From contig JAFQEY010000061.1 of assembly GCA_017398765.1 (NCBI GenBank), forward strand, positions 7,973-71,972: DNA of 64,000 bases, in the 5' to 3' direction. Origin of the DNA: Akkermansia sp. GTDB taxonomy: Bacteria > Verrucomicrobiota > Verrucomicrobiia > Verrucomicrobiales > Akkermansiaceae. The position numbers and the translations under genes are program-made. Below the pieces are notes generated by a model, which was given only the letters and a program-made list of their open reading frames with translations, was not told where the DNA came from and did no database searches. Positions 47,644 to 58,002 of this stretch are shown here, in pieces (within the stretch, counting starts at the first letter, position 1; every line of letters begins with the position of its first letter).

Positions 47644-49245
47644 TTACAGACACGTACCACACATAATCAGGCATTTTGTCAGAACCGTCATCAGCAGGAG
47701 GGCAAGCGGATAGGCGGTCGCATAGGCAATGACCGGGGCCTGTTTGTCTGTTTGGGCAGTAATGGCTCCGAGTGCCGGAGTGGAAGTCATGCCGCCGCAG
47801 ATTCCCCCTAACGATTCGGTCAAACTTAATCCCAGGAATTGTCGAGCCAGAATGTACCCGACGAGCAGAGGAACTATCGTTATAATCATCCCAATACCAA
47901 ACATGGTGAAGCCATGGGTACTCAATGTTTCGAGCAATGTCGCGCCGCCGTTGACGCCGGCACCGGCAAGGAATAACATCAACGCGAACTCCATGAGCAT
48001 GATTCGTGTGTTTCGCGGCATGTAGCCAACGACCGGGCCAATATGCCCCAGATGTCCCAGTATAAGGGAAACAAGCAGAGGCCCTCCGGCTGTTCCCAGA
48101 CAAAATCCGTTGAAAAATTCGATTTTCCCGATAATAATGCCTGCGGCCACGCCTGCGGAAAGCGAGAATATGTCCGTGGCATTGATGGCAGAGCTGCGGT
48201 GTTTACACATCGTCTTGAATGCCGCGATATCCTCAGGCTGTCCCACGATGGTCAGAACATCATTGCGGAAGATTTCTGTATCACCATTGGGGATGAAGGT
48301 ATTACCCAACCGGGTGATGCGGGAAACCACAATGCCATAATTGCTGAGGGTATGGAGTTCTCGAAGTGTTTTGTTGCTGAGAGAGGGTTCCAGGAGGAGA
48401 ACTTCTGCCATTTCATCTTTCAACCGATGATTTGTGGGGGCATCCTTTTCTATATGTCCAAGCAAGGCGGCATCTCGCTCTACCCGGCTGAGTGCTCCGA
48501 CTACAAAAAGCTGCTGATTGACCTCAAAAACATCTTCAGAGGTCAGAGGAACCAGCATCTCGTTCTTCATGACGCGGGTAGGACGGCATTGCAGTATTCC
48601 GTTTTCGATAGCAGCCATGATGCTCGTGCCGGAAAGTGCGTTGTTCTGAATCCTGATGACGCGTGTTACAATACGGTCAGGGTCAGTATTATTTTTCTCC
48701 TGATTCTCCGAAGTGTTAAGATTCTTTTTTAACAATTTCGGCAACAGCTGGACAAAAAGAACAACACCAATGACACCAAATGGATATGCCACACCATAAC
48801 CGATGTTTATTTGTGCCGAATCCTGTCCGGCGGCTTCAGCTGCTTCCAGTGCGGCGGCCAGCCCGGGTGTGCTCGTACAGGCACCGGCAAATAAGCCGGC
48901 ACCTATTCCAAAATCTATGTTCAGTAAATAGCAGGCCAGCATTGTGATGCCCCAGCCGGTTCCCACCACGATGGCTGCCATCAACAAAAGTCTGCTGCCC
49001 TGGCTTCTCAGGGAGCCGAAGAAACGATTGCCGACCCCAAGTCCGACACAGTACACGAACAAGGCTGTGCCGATAGTGGTCACCCCTGCCGGTACTTGCA
49101 AATGATAATGACCGGCAATCAATGCGGTGAACAGAACGCCGGAACTTCCGAGGGATATTCCCTTTATCGCTATGTTACCCAAGGCCAGTCCTGTTGCCAG
49201 AATAGCAAATAGAACAAACAAGGAATCATTCAGAATGTTGCTCAT
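47644..49245 (-). CDS. AspT/YidE/YbjL-family antiporter with TrkA-C domains
   Basis: LG.I.IKGISLGSSGVLF, GACTSTPGL, GYGVAYPFG, central soluble domains, GGMTSTPAL, YATAYP. Confidence 0.92.
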   Translation of the reverse strand: MSNILNDSLFVLFAILATGLALGNIAIKGISLGSSGVLFTALIAGHYHLQVPAGVTTIGTALFVYCVGLGVGNRFFGSLRSQGSRLLLMAAIVVGTGWGITMLACYLLNIDFGIGAGLFAGACTSTPGLAAALEAAEAAGQDSAQINIGYGVAYPFGVIGVVLFVQLLPKLLKKNLNTSENQEKNNTDPDRIVTRVIRIQNNALSGTSIMAAIENGILQCRPTRVMKNEMLVPLTSEDVFEVNQQLFVVGALSRVERDAALLGHIEKDAPTNHRLKDEMAEVLLLEPSLSNKTLRELHTLSNYGIVVSRITRLGNTFIPNGDTEIFRNDVLTIVGQPEDIAAFKTMCKHRSSAINATDIFSLSAGVAAGIIIGKIEFFNGFCLGTAGGPLLVSLILGHLGHIGPVVGYMPRNTRIMLMEFALMLFLAGAGVNGGATLLETLSTHGFTMFGIGMIITIVPLLVGYILARQFLGLSLTESLGGICGGMTSTPALGAITAQTDKQAPVIAYATAYPLALLLMTVLTKCLIMCGTCL

Positions 49246-49464
49246 AATTGTAGGATGGAAAGCAGCTCCGCCTATATCACCGACTGAACTTTTTTTCAAG
49301 AACTTCCCGCAACTTCACTTCATACAAGTTATCTATCCTTAATCATAAGAAAAAGCAATATCCGAAATGCGGAGCCGGGTGTAACGGACTGCTCAGGCTT
49401 GTTTCCTGTTGAAAAAATCTTGAAGAAAACACGGGAATCTGCTACTCTCTCCGCGCTGAATCCC

Positions 49465-51468
49465 ATGGCAGAAAAATTCGACATCAATTCACTGAACGCC
49501 GCCCAGAAACAGGCGGTGCAGACACTCAATGGCCCGGTGCTCATCCTGGCCGGTGCCGGCACGGGGAAGACCCGCACCGTCACTTGTCGTATCGCCAACA
49601 TGATAGAGAAGGGGGCTAATCCGCGCGGCATTCTGGCCCTGACGTTCACTAACAAAGCCGCTAACGAAATGGCTGACCGCGTGGCGGGGCTGGTGGATAG
49701 AAAGTCGGCACGAGCCATGACGGTGTGTACTTTCCATTCACTCTGTGTGCGCATCCTGCGCCAGGATATCGGCCGCCTGGGCTACAAGGAAAACTTCTCC
49801 ATCTATACCGGCAGCGACCAGACCGGGCTGCTCAAGCGACTCATCATGGAATACGGCGCGAGACGCGAGAAGCTGGAGCCGGGGCAGGTGCTGGCAGAGC
49901 TTTCCCGTGTGCGTAATCAGGGGATGGGAATTGATAAGATTGAGGACACGCTCATTGCCGCTGTTTCCAAGGCCTACATGCGTGAGCTCAAGGCTCAGAA
50001 TGCGGTGGATTTCGATGACCTGCTCATCCTGACGGAGCGCCTGCTGCGAGCCTATCCCGATGTGCATGACAAGTGGAATAAACGGTTTTCCTACATCACC
50101 GTGGATGAGTTTCAGGATACCAACTCGCTGCAGATGAGTCTGCTGCGGCAGTTGGTCGGCCCGGAGCACAATATCTGTGTGGTGGGCGATGATGACCAGT
50201 CCATTTACGGTTGGCGCGGCGCGCAGATTTCCAATATCCTGGACTTTGAGAGCTTCTTCCCCAATCCCACCGTCATCAAGCTGGAGGAAAACTACCGCTG
50301 CACGCGTCAGGTGCTGGATTGCGCCAATGAGCTGATTCGCCACAATGCCGGGCGCCGAGATAAAACCCTGCGCACCAACAAGGAGGGGCAGCACCCAGTG
50401 CGGCTGCTGGCCATGCCCGGGTCGGAGGAAGAGGCAGAGTTCATTGCCGATGAGATTGAGACGCTCCGCGCCCGCGATTCTCTGGCATGGGAGGATTTTG
50501 CCATTCTTTTCCGTGCGAATGCACAGAGCCGCCAGTTGGAAATGGCCATGCGCGAGCACCACATCCCTTACCGTATGGTGGGAACCAAGAGCTTTTTCGA
50601 CAGACGAGAAGTCAAGGATTTGCTCAGTTATCTGCAAATGATGGATAACCCGGATGCTGACCTTCATCTGCTGCGGGTGCTCAACACGCCGCCGCGCGGT
50701 ATCAGCCCCACCACTGCTTCCTTCGCCATCGATTGGAGCCGCGATAATAAAAAGAGCCTCTGGGCCACGCTGGTGGATATCTCATTCCTGTCAGAGTGCT
50801 CCACCCGCTCCCAGAACTGCATCACGGCTTTCACGGATATTGTCACGCACTACGGCTCAGAGTTTGCCGCCGGTGAACGCCCCTTTGTGGAGATTCTGGA
50901 AGAATTCCTCAAGGAGATTGGGTACGAGGAATACATCGCCCGCACCTGCAAGACGGAGGAGGAGACAAATCGCCGTCTGGCTGCCATTGATGATATCAAG
51001 GTGGCGCTGCGCCAATTCTGGCTGCCGGGACACAAGCTTACGGATTTTCTGGCAGGAATCTGCCTGGATAATGAGCGAGATGATGATGACATCGAGAAAA
51101 AGAGCGGGGTATGTCTCATTACTATGCATGCTGCTAAGGGATTGGAATTCCCGCAGGTATATATCGTTGGTGTAGAGGAGGGGCTTATTCCCCACACCCG
51201 CTCGGTGGATGAGGGGAGTTTGGATGAAGAACGCCGCCTGTTCTATGTGGGAATCACCCGCGCCCGCGAACGCCTGACCATGACCTACTGCGCAAAACGC
51301 AACCGTTACGGCCAGCAGGAGCGTTGCCTCCCCTCTGGCTTTATCAAAGAGATTCCCGCCCGCATGTATGAGTTTGTGGATTACGAGAAGCTGATGAAGG
51401 AGCCCGTCAGTCAGGATGAACAGGATGACTTTTTTGCATCCATCCGCAGTATGTTGGCAGATGAATGA
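49465..51468 (+). CDS. UvrD/PcrA/Rep ATP-dependent DNA helicase
   Basis: AGAGTGKT, TFTNKAA, VDEFQDTN, VGDDDQSIYGWRGA, LEENYR, TMHAAKGLEF, EERRLFYVGITRA. Confidence 0.96.
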   Translation: MAEKFDINSLNAAQKQAVQTLNGPVLILAGAGTGKTRTVTCRIANMIEKGANPRGILALTFTNKAANEMADRVAGLVDRKSARAMTVCTFHSLCVRILRQDIGRLGYKENFSIYTGSDQTGLLKRLIMEYGARREKLEPGQVLAELSRVRNQGMGIDKIEDTLIAAVSKAYMRELKAQNAVDFDDLLILTERLLRAYPDVHDKWNKRFSYITVDEFQDTNSLQMSLLRQLVGPEHNICVVGDDDQSIYGWRGAQISNILDFESFFPNPTVIKLEENYRCTRQVLDCANELIRHNAGRRDKTLRTNKEGQHPVRLLAMPGSEEEAEFIADEIETLRARDSLAWEDFAILFRANAQSRQLEMAMREHHIPYRMVGTKSFFDRREVKDLLSYLQMMDNPDADLHLLRVLNTPPRGISPTTASFAIDWSRDNKKSLWATLVDISFLSECSTRSQNCITAFTDIVTHYGSEFAAGERPFVEILEEFLKEIGYEEYIARTCKTEEETNRRLAAIDDIKVALRQFWLPGHKLTDFLAGICLDNERDDDDIEKKSGVCLITMHAAKGLEFPQVYIVGVEEGLIPHTRSVDEGSLDEERRLFYVGITRARERLTMTYCAKRNRYGQQERCLPSGFIKEIPARMYEFVDYEKLMKEPVSQDEQDDFFASIRSMLADE

Positions 51469-51545
51469 TAAGCTGCCTCCCCTCTCCCCCAAAATGATTC
51501 TGTTGCGAGTGAACACCCAATCGCATTGTCCGCAGAGGAAAGAAT

Positions 51546-51574
51546 TTGACACCTTGGGTGAGGTGTAGTAAGTT
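51546..51574 (+). promoter_or_regulatory. Promoter of coaD operon (leaderless spacing)
   Basis: TTGACA-17 nt-TAAGTT, 6 nt before ATG 51581. Confidence 0.65.
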
Positions 51575-51580
51575 AGCGAC

Positions 51581-52078
51581 ATGAAGCGCATTGGTATTTA
51601 TGCCGGGAGTTTTGACCCGCCGACTCACGGGCATCAGTGGATGATTCGCCGTGGGGCAGAGTTGTTTGATGAATTGGTGGTGGTTCTGGCGGTCAACCCG
51701 GATAAGCGGGGGCTTTTTTCTCAGGAACAACGGCAGCGGCTCATGATGACTCTGCTGGAGGATATGCCTGACAATGTGCGACTCGCTACGGTAGAGAAGG
51801 GGTTCCTTGTCGATTTTGCCAGAAAAGTGGGAGCCGGATTTCTGTTGCGAGGTATCCGCAACACCACGGACTTCGAATATGAAAAATCCATGGCGCGCAT
51901 GAATACCCGCATGGAGTCGGATATACGCAGTGTATTTCTGATGCCGCCGAGTGAGCTGGAGGAGATTTCGTCCTCCATGGTCAAGGGATTCATCGGCGTG
52001 CCCGGGTGGGAACGCTGGGTAAAGTGCTGCGTGCCTCCCTGTGTTTTTGAATTCATGAAAGAACAGTTTCCGTCATGA
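51581..52078 (+). CDS. coaD: Phosphopantetheine adenylyltransferase
   Basis: YAGSFDPPTHGH, LRGIRN..DFEYE, ISSSMVK. Confidence 0.97.
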   Translation: MKRIGIYAGSFDPPTHGHQWMIRRGAELFDELVVVLAVNPDKRGLFSQEQRQRLMMTLLEDMPDNVRLATVEKGFLVDFARKVGAGFLLRGIRNTTDFEYEKSMARMNTRMESDIRSVFLMPPSELEEISSSMVKGFIGVPGWERWVKCCVPPCVFEFMKEQFPS

Positions 52079-53193
52079 TATACTGGGATAATAATGCCAC
52101 CACGCAACCCGCGCCGGAGGTGGTGCAGGCGATGCTGCCGTACCTGACAGACAAATATTTTAACCCGTCAGCCGCTTATGCTCCGGCCAAGGCGGTGAAA
52201 CGCGCCATTGAAAACGCCCGGGAGCAAGTGGCAGCCCTGCTTGGGGCGGATGCGGGGGAGATTGTGTTCACCTCCGGCGGGACGGAGTCCACCAATGCCG
52301 CACTGGCGCAGTTTGAGCATGTGCTGACGCTTGCAACGGAACATCCTGCCACGCTCCGCACGGTGAAGGGGGATGCAGCCCCTGTCATGTGCAATGGTCA
52401 GGCGGATCTGGCTGCCTGGAAAGAGCTTCTGCCCGGGCATGACGGCGTGAGTTTTGCCTGGGCTAATCATGAGACCGGAGTTATTCAGCCTGTGCGTTCC
52501 CTTGCCCGGGCGGCAAAGGATGCCGGTGCCCGTGTTCACGTTGATTTGGTGCAAGCCGCTGGCAAATTGCCCATTCGCCTGCATGATACAGAGGTTGATT
52601 TTGCGTCTGTAGCGGCGCATAAGCTTCATGGGCCGAAAGGTGTAGGTGCCCTCTATATCCGACGTGGTGCGGCGTGGCAACCTCAGCAGACCGGGGGTGC
52701 GCAGGAGGACTACCGCCGAGCCGGCACGGAAAATGTGCCCGGTATTATCGGATTCGGCAAGGCTGCTGAGCTGGCACTTCAGGCATCTGCAGCGTACGCT
52801 GCACTGGCTTCTCTGCGTCTCCGTTTTGTTACGGCACTCCGCAATGCGGGATTGGAAGTGGTGGAAGCCGGGGCCGCAGCCCCCCGGTTGCCGCATGTGC
52901 TCAATATGCGGATTCCCGGGCTGACGGCGGAATCATTGACCCTGCTGCTGGAGCCGATGGGCCTCATTTGTTCCGCCGGTTCGGCATGCACCAGCGCGGA
53001 GCCTCATCCCAGCCATGTGCTGCAGGCCATGGGTATGTCGGACAGGGAAATCAGGGAATCATTGCGCTTTTCCTTGAGCCGCTTTACCACCGGAGATGAG
53101 GTGGATGAAGCCGCTGGGATTTTTCTCCGTGCGGTCGCAAAAATTCGTTCCGTCCAATCGTCTGTTACCGGGCCGGTAATGGTATACCGTTGA
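52075..53193 (+). CDS. Cysteine desulfurase (IscS/NifS type)
   Basis: DNNATT, FTSGGTES, NHETG, AHKLHGPKG, RAGTEN, SAGSACTS. Confidence 0.95.
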   Translation: MIYWDNNATTQPAPEVVQAMLPYLTDKYFNPSAAYAPAKAVKRAIENAREQVAALLGADAGEIVFTSGGTESTNAALAQFEHVLTLATEHPATLRTVKGDAAPVMCNGQADLAAWKELLPGHDGVSFAWANHETGVIQPVRSLARAAKDAGARVHVDLVQAAGKLPIRLHDTEVDFASVAAHKLHGPKGVGALYIRRGAAWQPQQTGGAQEDYRRAGTENVPGIIGFGKAAELALQASAAYAALASLRLRFVTALRNAGLEVVEAGAAAPRLPHVLNMRIPGLTAESLTLLLEPMGLICSAGSACTSAEPHPSHVLQAMGMSDREIRESLRFSLSRFTTGDEVDEAAGIFLRAVAKIRSVQSSVTGPVMVYR

Positions 53194-55292
53194 TGTCTCG
53201 GCCACAGCACAGGCAATGTTGGCAGAGCCGGCTGCGGCGGCAGGCACTGGCTGCGCCTCTCTTGCCGCCGCTGGTTGCTGTTGTGGGAATCATTTCAGGC
53301 GGCGTGGGGTGGTTGTTGACCATTGCCGCCCTGTTGGTTGTCCTGTATCTGCGGCTCTGGCGCATTGCCACTGCACTTGGGCTTTGTGCAGCCGTTGCGT
53401 GGCTGCATGGGGAGCTTATTGAGAACAATGCCGCTGAGATACGAGCCCTTGCCCGGCAACATGATTTGGTTCAGCTGGAGGGGACGGTGGAAAAGACACT
53501 GCGCAAGGGGGTCATTCTGGGCAACGGTTTATGTGCACCCACCGTGGTGGTCAGAGGTGAGACTGATTTGGAAATCGGTGAGCGGGTGAGTCTGTGGGCT
53601 GAGCCGTTGGAGCCCCGCCAACCCTCCCCTCCCGGGGTGTTTGATGCTGCGGCGTGGTGTCGCGGGCAGGGCATTGCTGCCGAATTTTATCTTGTCAGAG
53701 TGGAAGCTCGGTGTGCGGAATTTTCACTGCACAGGCTTCGGTATTACGGCTTGACTGCGCGGGAGTTTCTTGCCAATCTGCTCATGCCGCCGGGCACGGA
53801 GACAGAGGAAGCTCGGCAGGTGTTGTGCGCCTTGGTGCTGGGGGCCAGAGAGAGAGCGGAGGATGAGGTGTTGGACGTTTTCAGGCGCGGCGGCTGCCTG
53901 CATGCCTTTGCTGTGAGCGGATTGCATGTGGGGTTGTTCTCCGGCATACTGCTGTTGCTGTTGCGCTGTGTGCGATGCCCTGTCAGGCTTGCGCATTTCA
54001 CGGTGATAGTGGGTGTTGGGCTGTATGTTCTGCTGACCGGATCATCTGTCCCGGCACTGCGGGCATATCTGCTGCTGGTCATTATGTTGGGGGCCTTGCT
54101 GTTGCGGCGTCGCTGCAGTCTGACCAATGCTTGGAGCTTTGCTGCGCTGTTGGTGCTGCTTGTCACGCCCTCTCAGCTGTTCAATGCAGGTTTTCTGCTT
54201 TCCTTTGCCGTGTATGCTGTATTGTGTATGGGGCTGCATTTCTGCATGGCAGAGAGCCCATGGTTCTCTCCTGATTCCTATATCCCGAACCGCATTCTGA
54301 CAAAGTGGGAGCGCGCATACCGCAGCGCAGATTTTTGGTTGCGGGGTGTGGTGGTCGTATCCCTGAGCGCATGGCTGGCGGCAACACCCATCAGCCTGCT
54401 TTGTTTTCATACGTTCAATACGTGGAGCGTGTTGACAAATATAGCCATCACGCCGATTTTGCCGGTGGTGATGTTTTGCGGATTGCAGCACCTGGCCGTC
54501 GGTTGGATTCCGTTACTTGGTGCCGGCAGTGGGTGGCTTGCGCTGAACTCTGCCGGTTGCCTTCTGTCAGTAGTTGGTTTTTTCGGCAGTTTGCCTGCCG
54601 CGTGGCTGCCTGCTACTCTGCCGGCTGAATCATCAGAAGTTCTGGTGGCGGGATGTGGTTTCGGCAATTCCTTTACCATGTTGGGGAATCATGGTGTGCT
54701 GGTGAATCCCGGAAGCGAATCCAATGTGACTTTTCGGACTTTTCCGATGGTGTTTCATTCAGGGTTCACGCCCGGTGTTATTCTGCGCACGCGTCCCGGG
54801 GCCTCCTCTGTAGCCGGAGCAGATCTGCTGAGTCGGCAATTTCCTTCCGCAGCAACCGAAAGCGTGGATACGCTGACACCGGAGGGGAAAATATGGCACA
54901 CTTCTTCCGGCACTTATACTCTGTACCCTGTAGGCAAGGATTATCCGCGGCGTCTGGCTGACAGTCGAACCCCCGTCATCCTCTGGGAACATTCACCGGA
55001 GTGGCGCGTGTTGTATGTGGGGAATGCTCCGGCTGCGGCGTGGTATCGCATGCCGGAGAGTGCGCGCCGGGCTCAGGTGCTCATTCTGGGCAAGCACCCT
55101 GTGCAGCCAATTGGTGCAGAGCAGATTTGCTCTGCCGGTGCAAGGCTCATTATTCTGCTGCCGGGAGCTGAATACAATTTGCGGCCGGAACAGGCAGCTC
55201 CGGCCGCAGTTATCAGAATGAAAGATGAAGACTGGTTGAGGCTCTGCCCTGACGGGGTGGAACTCAACGGCTCGAAATGGTCAGCCCCTTGA
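53190..55292 (+). CDS. comEC: ComEC/Rec2 competence protein
   Basis: PGVFD, ALVLG, GCLHAFAVSGLHVG, ALRA, GFLLSF; multiple TM helices. Confidence 0.9.
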   Translation: MMSRPQHRQCWQSRLRRQALAAPLLPPLVAVVGIISGGVGWLLTIAALLVVLYLRLWRIATALGLCAAVAWLHGELIENNAAEIRALARQHDLVQLEGTVEKTLRKGVILGNGLCAPTVVVRGETDLEIGERVSLWAEPLEPRQPSPPGVFDAAAWCRGQGIAAEFYLVRVEARCAEFSLHRLRYYGLTAREFLANLLMPPGTETEEARQVLCALVLGARERAEDEVLDVFRRGGCLHAFAVSGLHVGLFSGILLLLLRCVRCPVRLAHFTVIVGVGLYVLLTGSSVPALRAYLLLVIMLGALLLRRRCSLTNAWSFAALLVLLVTPSQLFNAGFLLSFAVYAVLCMGLHFCMAESPWFSPDSYIPNRILTKWERAYRSADFWLRGVVVVSLSAWLAATPISLLCFHTFNTWSVLTNIAITPILPVVMFCGLQHLAVGWIPLLGAGSGWLALNSAGCLLSVVGFFGSLPAAWLPATLPAESSEVLVAGCGFGNSFTMLGNHGVLVNPGSESNVTFRTFPMVFHSGFTPGVILRTRPGASSVAGADLLSRQFPSAATESVDTLTPEGKIWHTSSGTYTLYPVGKDYPRRLADSRTPVILWEHSPEWRVLYVGNAPAAAWYRMPESARRAQVLILGKHPVQPIGAEQICSAGARLIILLPGAEYNLRPEQAAPAAVIRMKDEDWLRLCPDGVELNGSKWSAP

Positions 55293-57162
55293 GCAGCAGC
55301 TCAGCGTTGTTCTGGGTCTTGACGATATTGCGCAGCAGCGTCTGCAAGCCCTCCCAGCCGGGCAGGGCGGCCAGCTGCCGGCGCACCTGAAGCACCCGTA
55401 TCATCTCCTGCGGGTGGTACAGGCGATCATCATTGCGGGTGCCGCTCTGCGGAATAGAGATGGCGGGGTAGATGCGGCGTTCGGAAAGCTCGCGGTCAAG
55501 GCGTATCTCCATATTGCCTGTGCCTTTGAACTCTTCAAAGATGATTTCATCCATGCGGGATTCCGTCTCCACCAAACAGGTGGCTATGATGGTAAGGCTG
55601 CCCCCTTCCTCCACGTTGCGTGCAGCTCCGAAAAATTTGCGCGGTTTCTCCAGAGCGTTGGAGCCAAGACCGCCGGACATGGTGCGACCTCCTATCTGGT
55701 TGGCGTTGTAACCGCGTGCCAGGCGGGTAAGAGAGTCCAGCATAATGATGACATCGTGTCCTTGTTCCACCAGGCGGCGGGCGCGCTCCAGTACCAGGTC
55801 GCTCAGCTGAGCATGGCGGGAGGACGGCTCGTCAAAAGTGGAGGCGTACACAGGGACTTTGACTGTTTCTTCAAAATCCGTGACTTCTTCCGGGCGCTCA
55901 TCCAGCAGCAGTATGAGCAAATCCGCATTGGGATAGTTGGCATGCAGAGATTTGGCCATGGTCTTGAGCAGTACGGTCTTGCCGCCGCGCGGCGGTGCTA
56001 CGACAAGGGCGCGCTGCCCCATGCCCAGCGGTGTAATGAGGTCTAACACACGCATGGACGGGGCCTTGATATCAGGATTTTCCAAGATAAGACGCTCTCG
56101 GGGAAAAAGCGGGGTCAGATGCTCAAAATCCTTGGGCTGTACATATTCTGCTGCGGGTACACCCTCAATTTCCAGCACTTCTCCGGCGTTGATGTGTTTT
56201 TCCAATTTCCCTTTGGGGGGGCGCAGTTTCACCTTCACCATATTGCCGGGGCGCAGGTTGTAGCGGTGCACTAAATCAGGAGATACGCGCACGTCATCTG
56301 CTCCGGGGCGGAAACTGCGGGAGGCATCACGCAGCATGGGTTGGTTTTCCCTGCTGATTTCCAGCACGCCGGTCAACAGAACGTTGCTGCCCTCTTGCAG
56401 ATAAGTGCGTACCAGTTCGGCCACCAGTTCAGGGCGAGGCAGTGAGTCGGTACCACGCTTGGCGGTTGTGGCTGCCAGCACCTGAAGCTCGTTGAGCGGC
56501 TTGGCTCGCAGCTCGTTGAGGTCAATCACTACGGAGCGGGCTCGGGTTGCCTTTGCCTCAGAGGCCAGATGCGTATCATAGAAAAGCTGAATCTGCTGAC
56601 GCAGCAAATCGACCGAGCCTTCATTCCAGAACACGGTATCCGCGCGGTCTATCTTCTGCTGGGTAGGCAGCTGCGCGGCTATCATGGCTTCTGCCACGCT
56701 GCGGTCAAAACCGTCTCTCTCTGCCATACGGGCAATCTGGGTTCCCTCTGACACTGCTACCACGCACACATGATCCGCCCCGAATTCTACCGGGCTTTCA
56801 AAATACAGCGGTATATCCAGCAGGAAGGTGTGCACATCTCCTCGCTTGCGTGCAGTGCTCTGAGCTTCAATGCTCATTTGTGCCAGTTTGGGATGCACGA
56901 TTTCGTTGAGCTTGCGACGTCCCTCAGCATCATTGCGCACAATGTCACGCAGATAGTCTTTGTTGACAGCACCGGCGGCATCCAACGCATCTGTACCGAA
57001 TGCTGATACCAAATCACGGGACAAGCGCCCTGTTTTCTGCAGCGTCTCGACAGCCGCATCGCAATCAAAGAGCTCCACTCCCTTACCGCCGATTTCCCGC
57101 AGTATCTCAACTGCCGTAGACTTGCCGGATGCTATCCCGCCTGTAACAACAATAACTTTCAC
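55264..57162 (-). CDS. rho: Fusion: dephospho-CoA kinase (CoaE, about aa 1-200) + transcription termination factor Rho (about aa 210-632)
   Basis: Coa[34 protein letters not shown]. Rho: [58 protein letters not shown]. No stop between the two. Confidence 0.93.
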   Translation of the reverse strand: MKVIVVTGGIASGKSTAVEILREIGGKGVELFDCDAAVETLQKTGRLSRDLVSAFGTDALDAAGAVNKDYLRDIVRNDAEGRRKLNEIVHPKLAQMSIEAQSTARKRGDVHTFLLDIPLYFESPVEFGADHVCVVAVSEGTQIARMAERDGFDRSVAEAMIAAQLPTQQKIDRADTVFWNEGSVDLLRQQIQLFYDTHLASEAKATRARSVVIDLNELRAKPLNELQVLAATTAKRGTDSLPRPELVAELVRTYLQEGSNVLLTGVLEISRENQPMLRDASRSFRPGADDVRVSPDLVHRYNLRPGNMVKVKLRPPKGKLEKHINAGEVLEIEGVPAAEYVQPKDFEHLTPLFPRERLILENPDIKAPSMRVLDLITPLGMGQRALVVAPPRGGKTVLLKTMAKSLHANYPNADLLILLLDERPEEVTDFEETVKVPVYASTFDEPSSRHAQLSDLVLERARRLVEQGHDVIIMLDSLTRLARGYNANQIGGRTMSGGLGSNALEKPRKFFGAARNVEEGGSLTIIATCLVETESRMDEIIFEEFKGTGNMEIRLDRELSERRIYPAISIPQSGTRNDDRLYHPQEMIRVLQVRRQLAALPGWEGLQTLLRNIVKTQNNAELLLKGLTISSR

Positions 57163-57168
57163 GTACGT

Positions 57169-57197
57169 ATGTTACCACGTTCCTTCTACGCCTTCAA
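57169..57197 (-). promoter_or_regulatory. Promoter of coaE-rho (leaderless spacing, GTG start)
   Basis: TTGAAG-17 nt-TAACAT, 6 nt before GTG 57162. Confidence 0.6.
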
Positions 57198-57300
57198 GTC
57201 GAAAGACTGTTCTATTTTCTTTACCTTTTCATTGCTTTTACGCGTTACAGAATTTTTTTTATTTTCATGCCTCCGGAAAATGGCGTGCTATTTTTAGCAC

Positions 57301-57345
57301 TTGACAAAAATAGCGAAAAAGATACACTTAGATACAGAAAGGAGG
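57301..57345 (+). promoter_or_regulatory. Promoter and strong SD sequence
   Basis: TTGACA-16 nt-TACACT; AGAAAGGAGG 4 nt before ATG 57350. Confidence 0.65.
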
Positions 57346-57349
57346 TCGT

Positions 57350-57856
57350 ATGTGCTTTTATAAAACAGGTATCAAAATGGGGCGTTTCGTTGTCTGCTTA
57401 TCGCTTGTGTTACTTCTTATGTCAGGCGGTGAAGCTTGGGGGCTTCATTATAATTTGGCTGCGGTATACGGCAAACGCAAGGACCTGACGATTGAGGATT
57501 TGGAGATAAGGATAGAAGGAATGCGAAAGAGTATAGCGCGGTTTGAGCACCAGATACGTTTTTACGAATTCAAAATTCACTTGCATAACGAATGCCGTGG
57601 CTGCCATGCGCATTGTAGGCCCCAGGGGACCGGGGCGTGTCGGCATTATTGGAGAGGTGAGTTTGAGGGCAGGATGTACAGGGCTTCCCACCAATTGCCG
57701 AGCCATGGAAAGAAACGCTACGATGGTATCAATCGCGCCGTGAGTGCGCTGCAGCTTCGTATTGACGGTTGCCGCCGCAATATTGCAAAATTAGAAGCGC
57801 GGATTGCTGCCGTTGAGGAAAAAATAAGAGAAAAAGAGGCGGCCGGAGAGGACTAA
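57350..57856 (+). CDS. Exported coiled-coil protein with a Cys/His cluster containing CxxCH
   Basis: Signal peptide-like N-terminus; heptad helices flank HLHNECRGCHAHCRPQGTGACRHYW. Confidence 0.7.
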   Translation: MCFYKTGIKMGRFVVCLSLVLLLMSGGEAWGLHYNLAAVYGKRKDLTIEDLEIRIEGMRKSIARFEHQIRFYEFKIHLHNECRGCHAHCRPQGTGACRHYWRGEFEGRMYRASHQLPSHGKKRYDGINRAVSALQLRIDGCRRNIAKLEARIAAVEEKIREKEAAGED

Positions 57857-57932
57857 GAGACGCTCTGCGCCTGAGTGGTGCTCCGGTTGCTTTGATTTCC
57901 GCCGCGGGGGAGGTAGTATTCAGGCGAGCCTG

Positions 57933-57973
57933 AAAAAGCCCCCCCTGCGGGCGGTGTTGCCGACAGGGGGGGC
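57933..57973 (-). terminator. Intrinsic terminator of the GH2 gene
   Basis: GCCCCCCCTG/CAGGGGGGGC stem preceded by A5. Confidence 0.75.
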
Positions 57974-58002
57974 AGGCTTGAAACGGGTGTTGGAAGCGGT
58001 GA

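Noticed and set aside
17054..57162. panC, coaD, coaE and a PPTase in one window as a CoA supercluster
   Set aside because: They are in separate operons tens of kb apart; chance co-location cannot be excluded.
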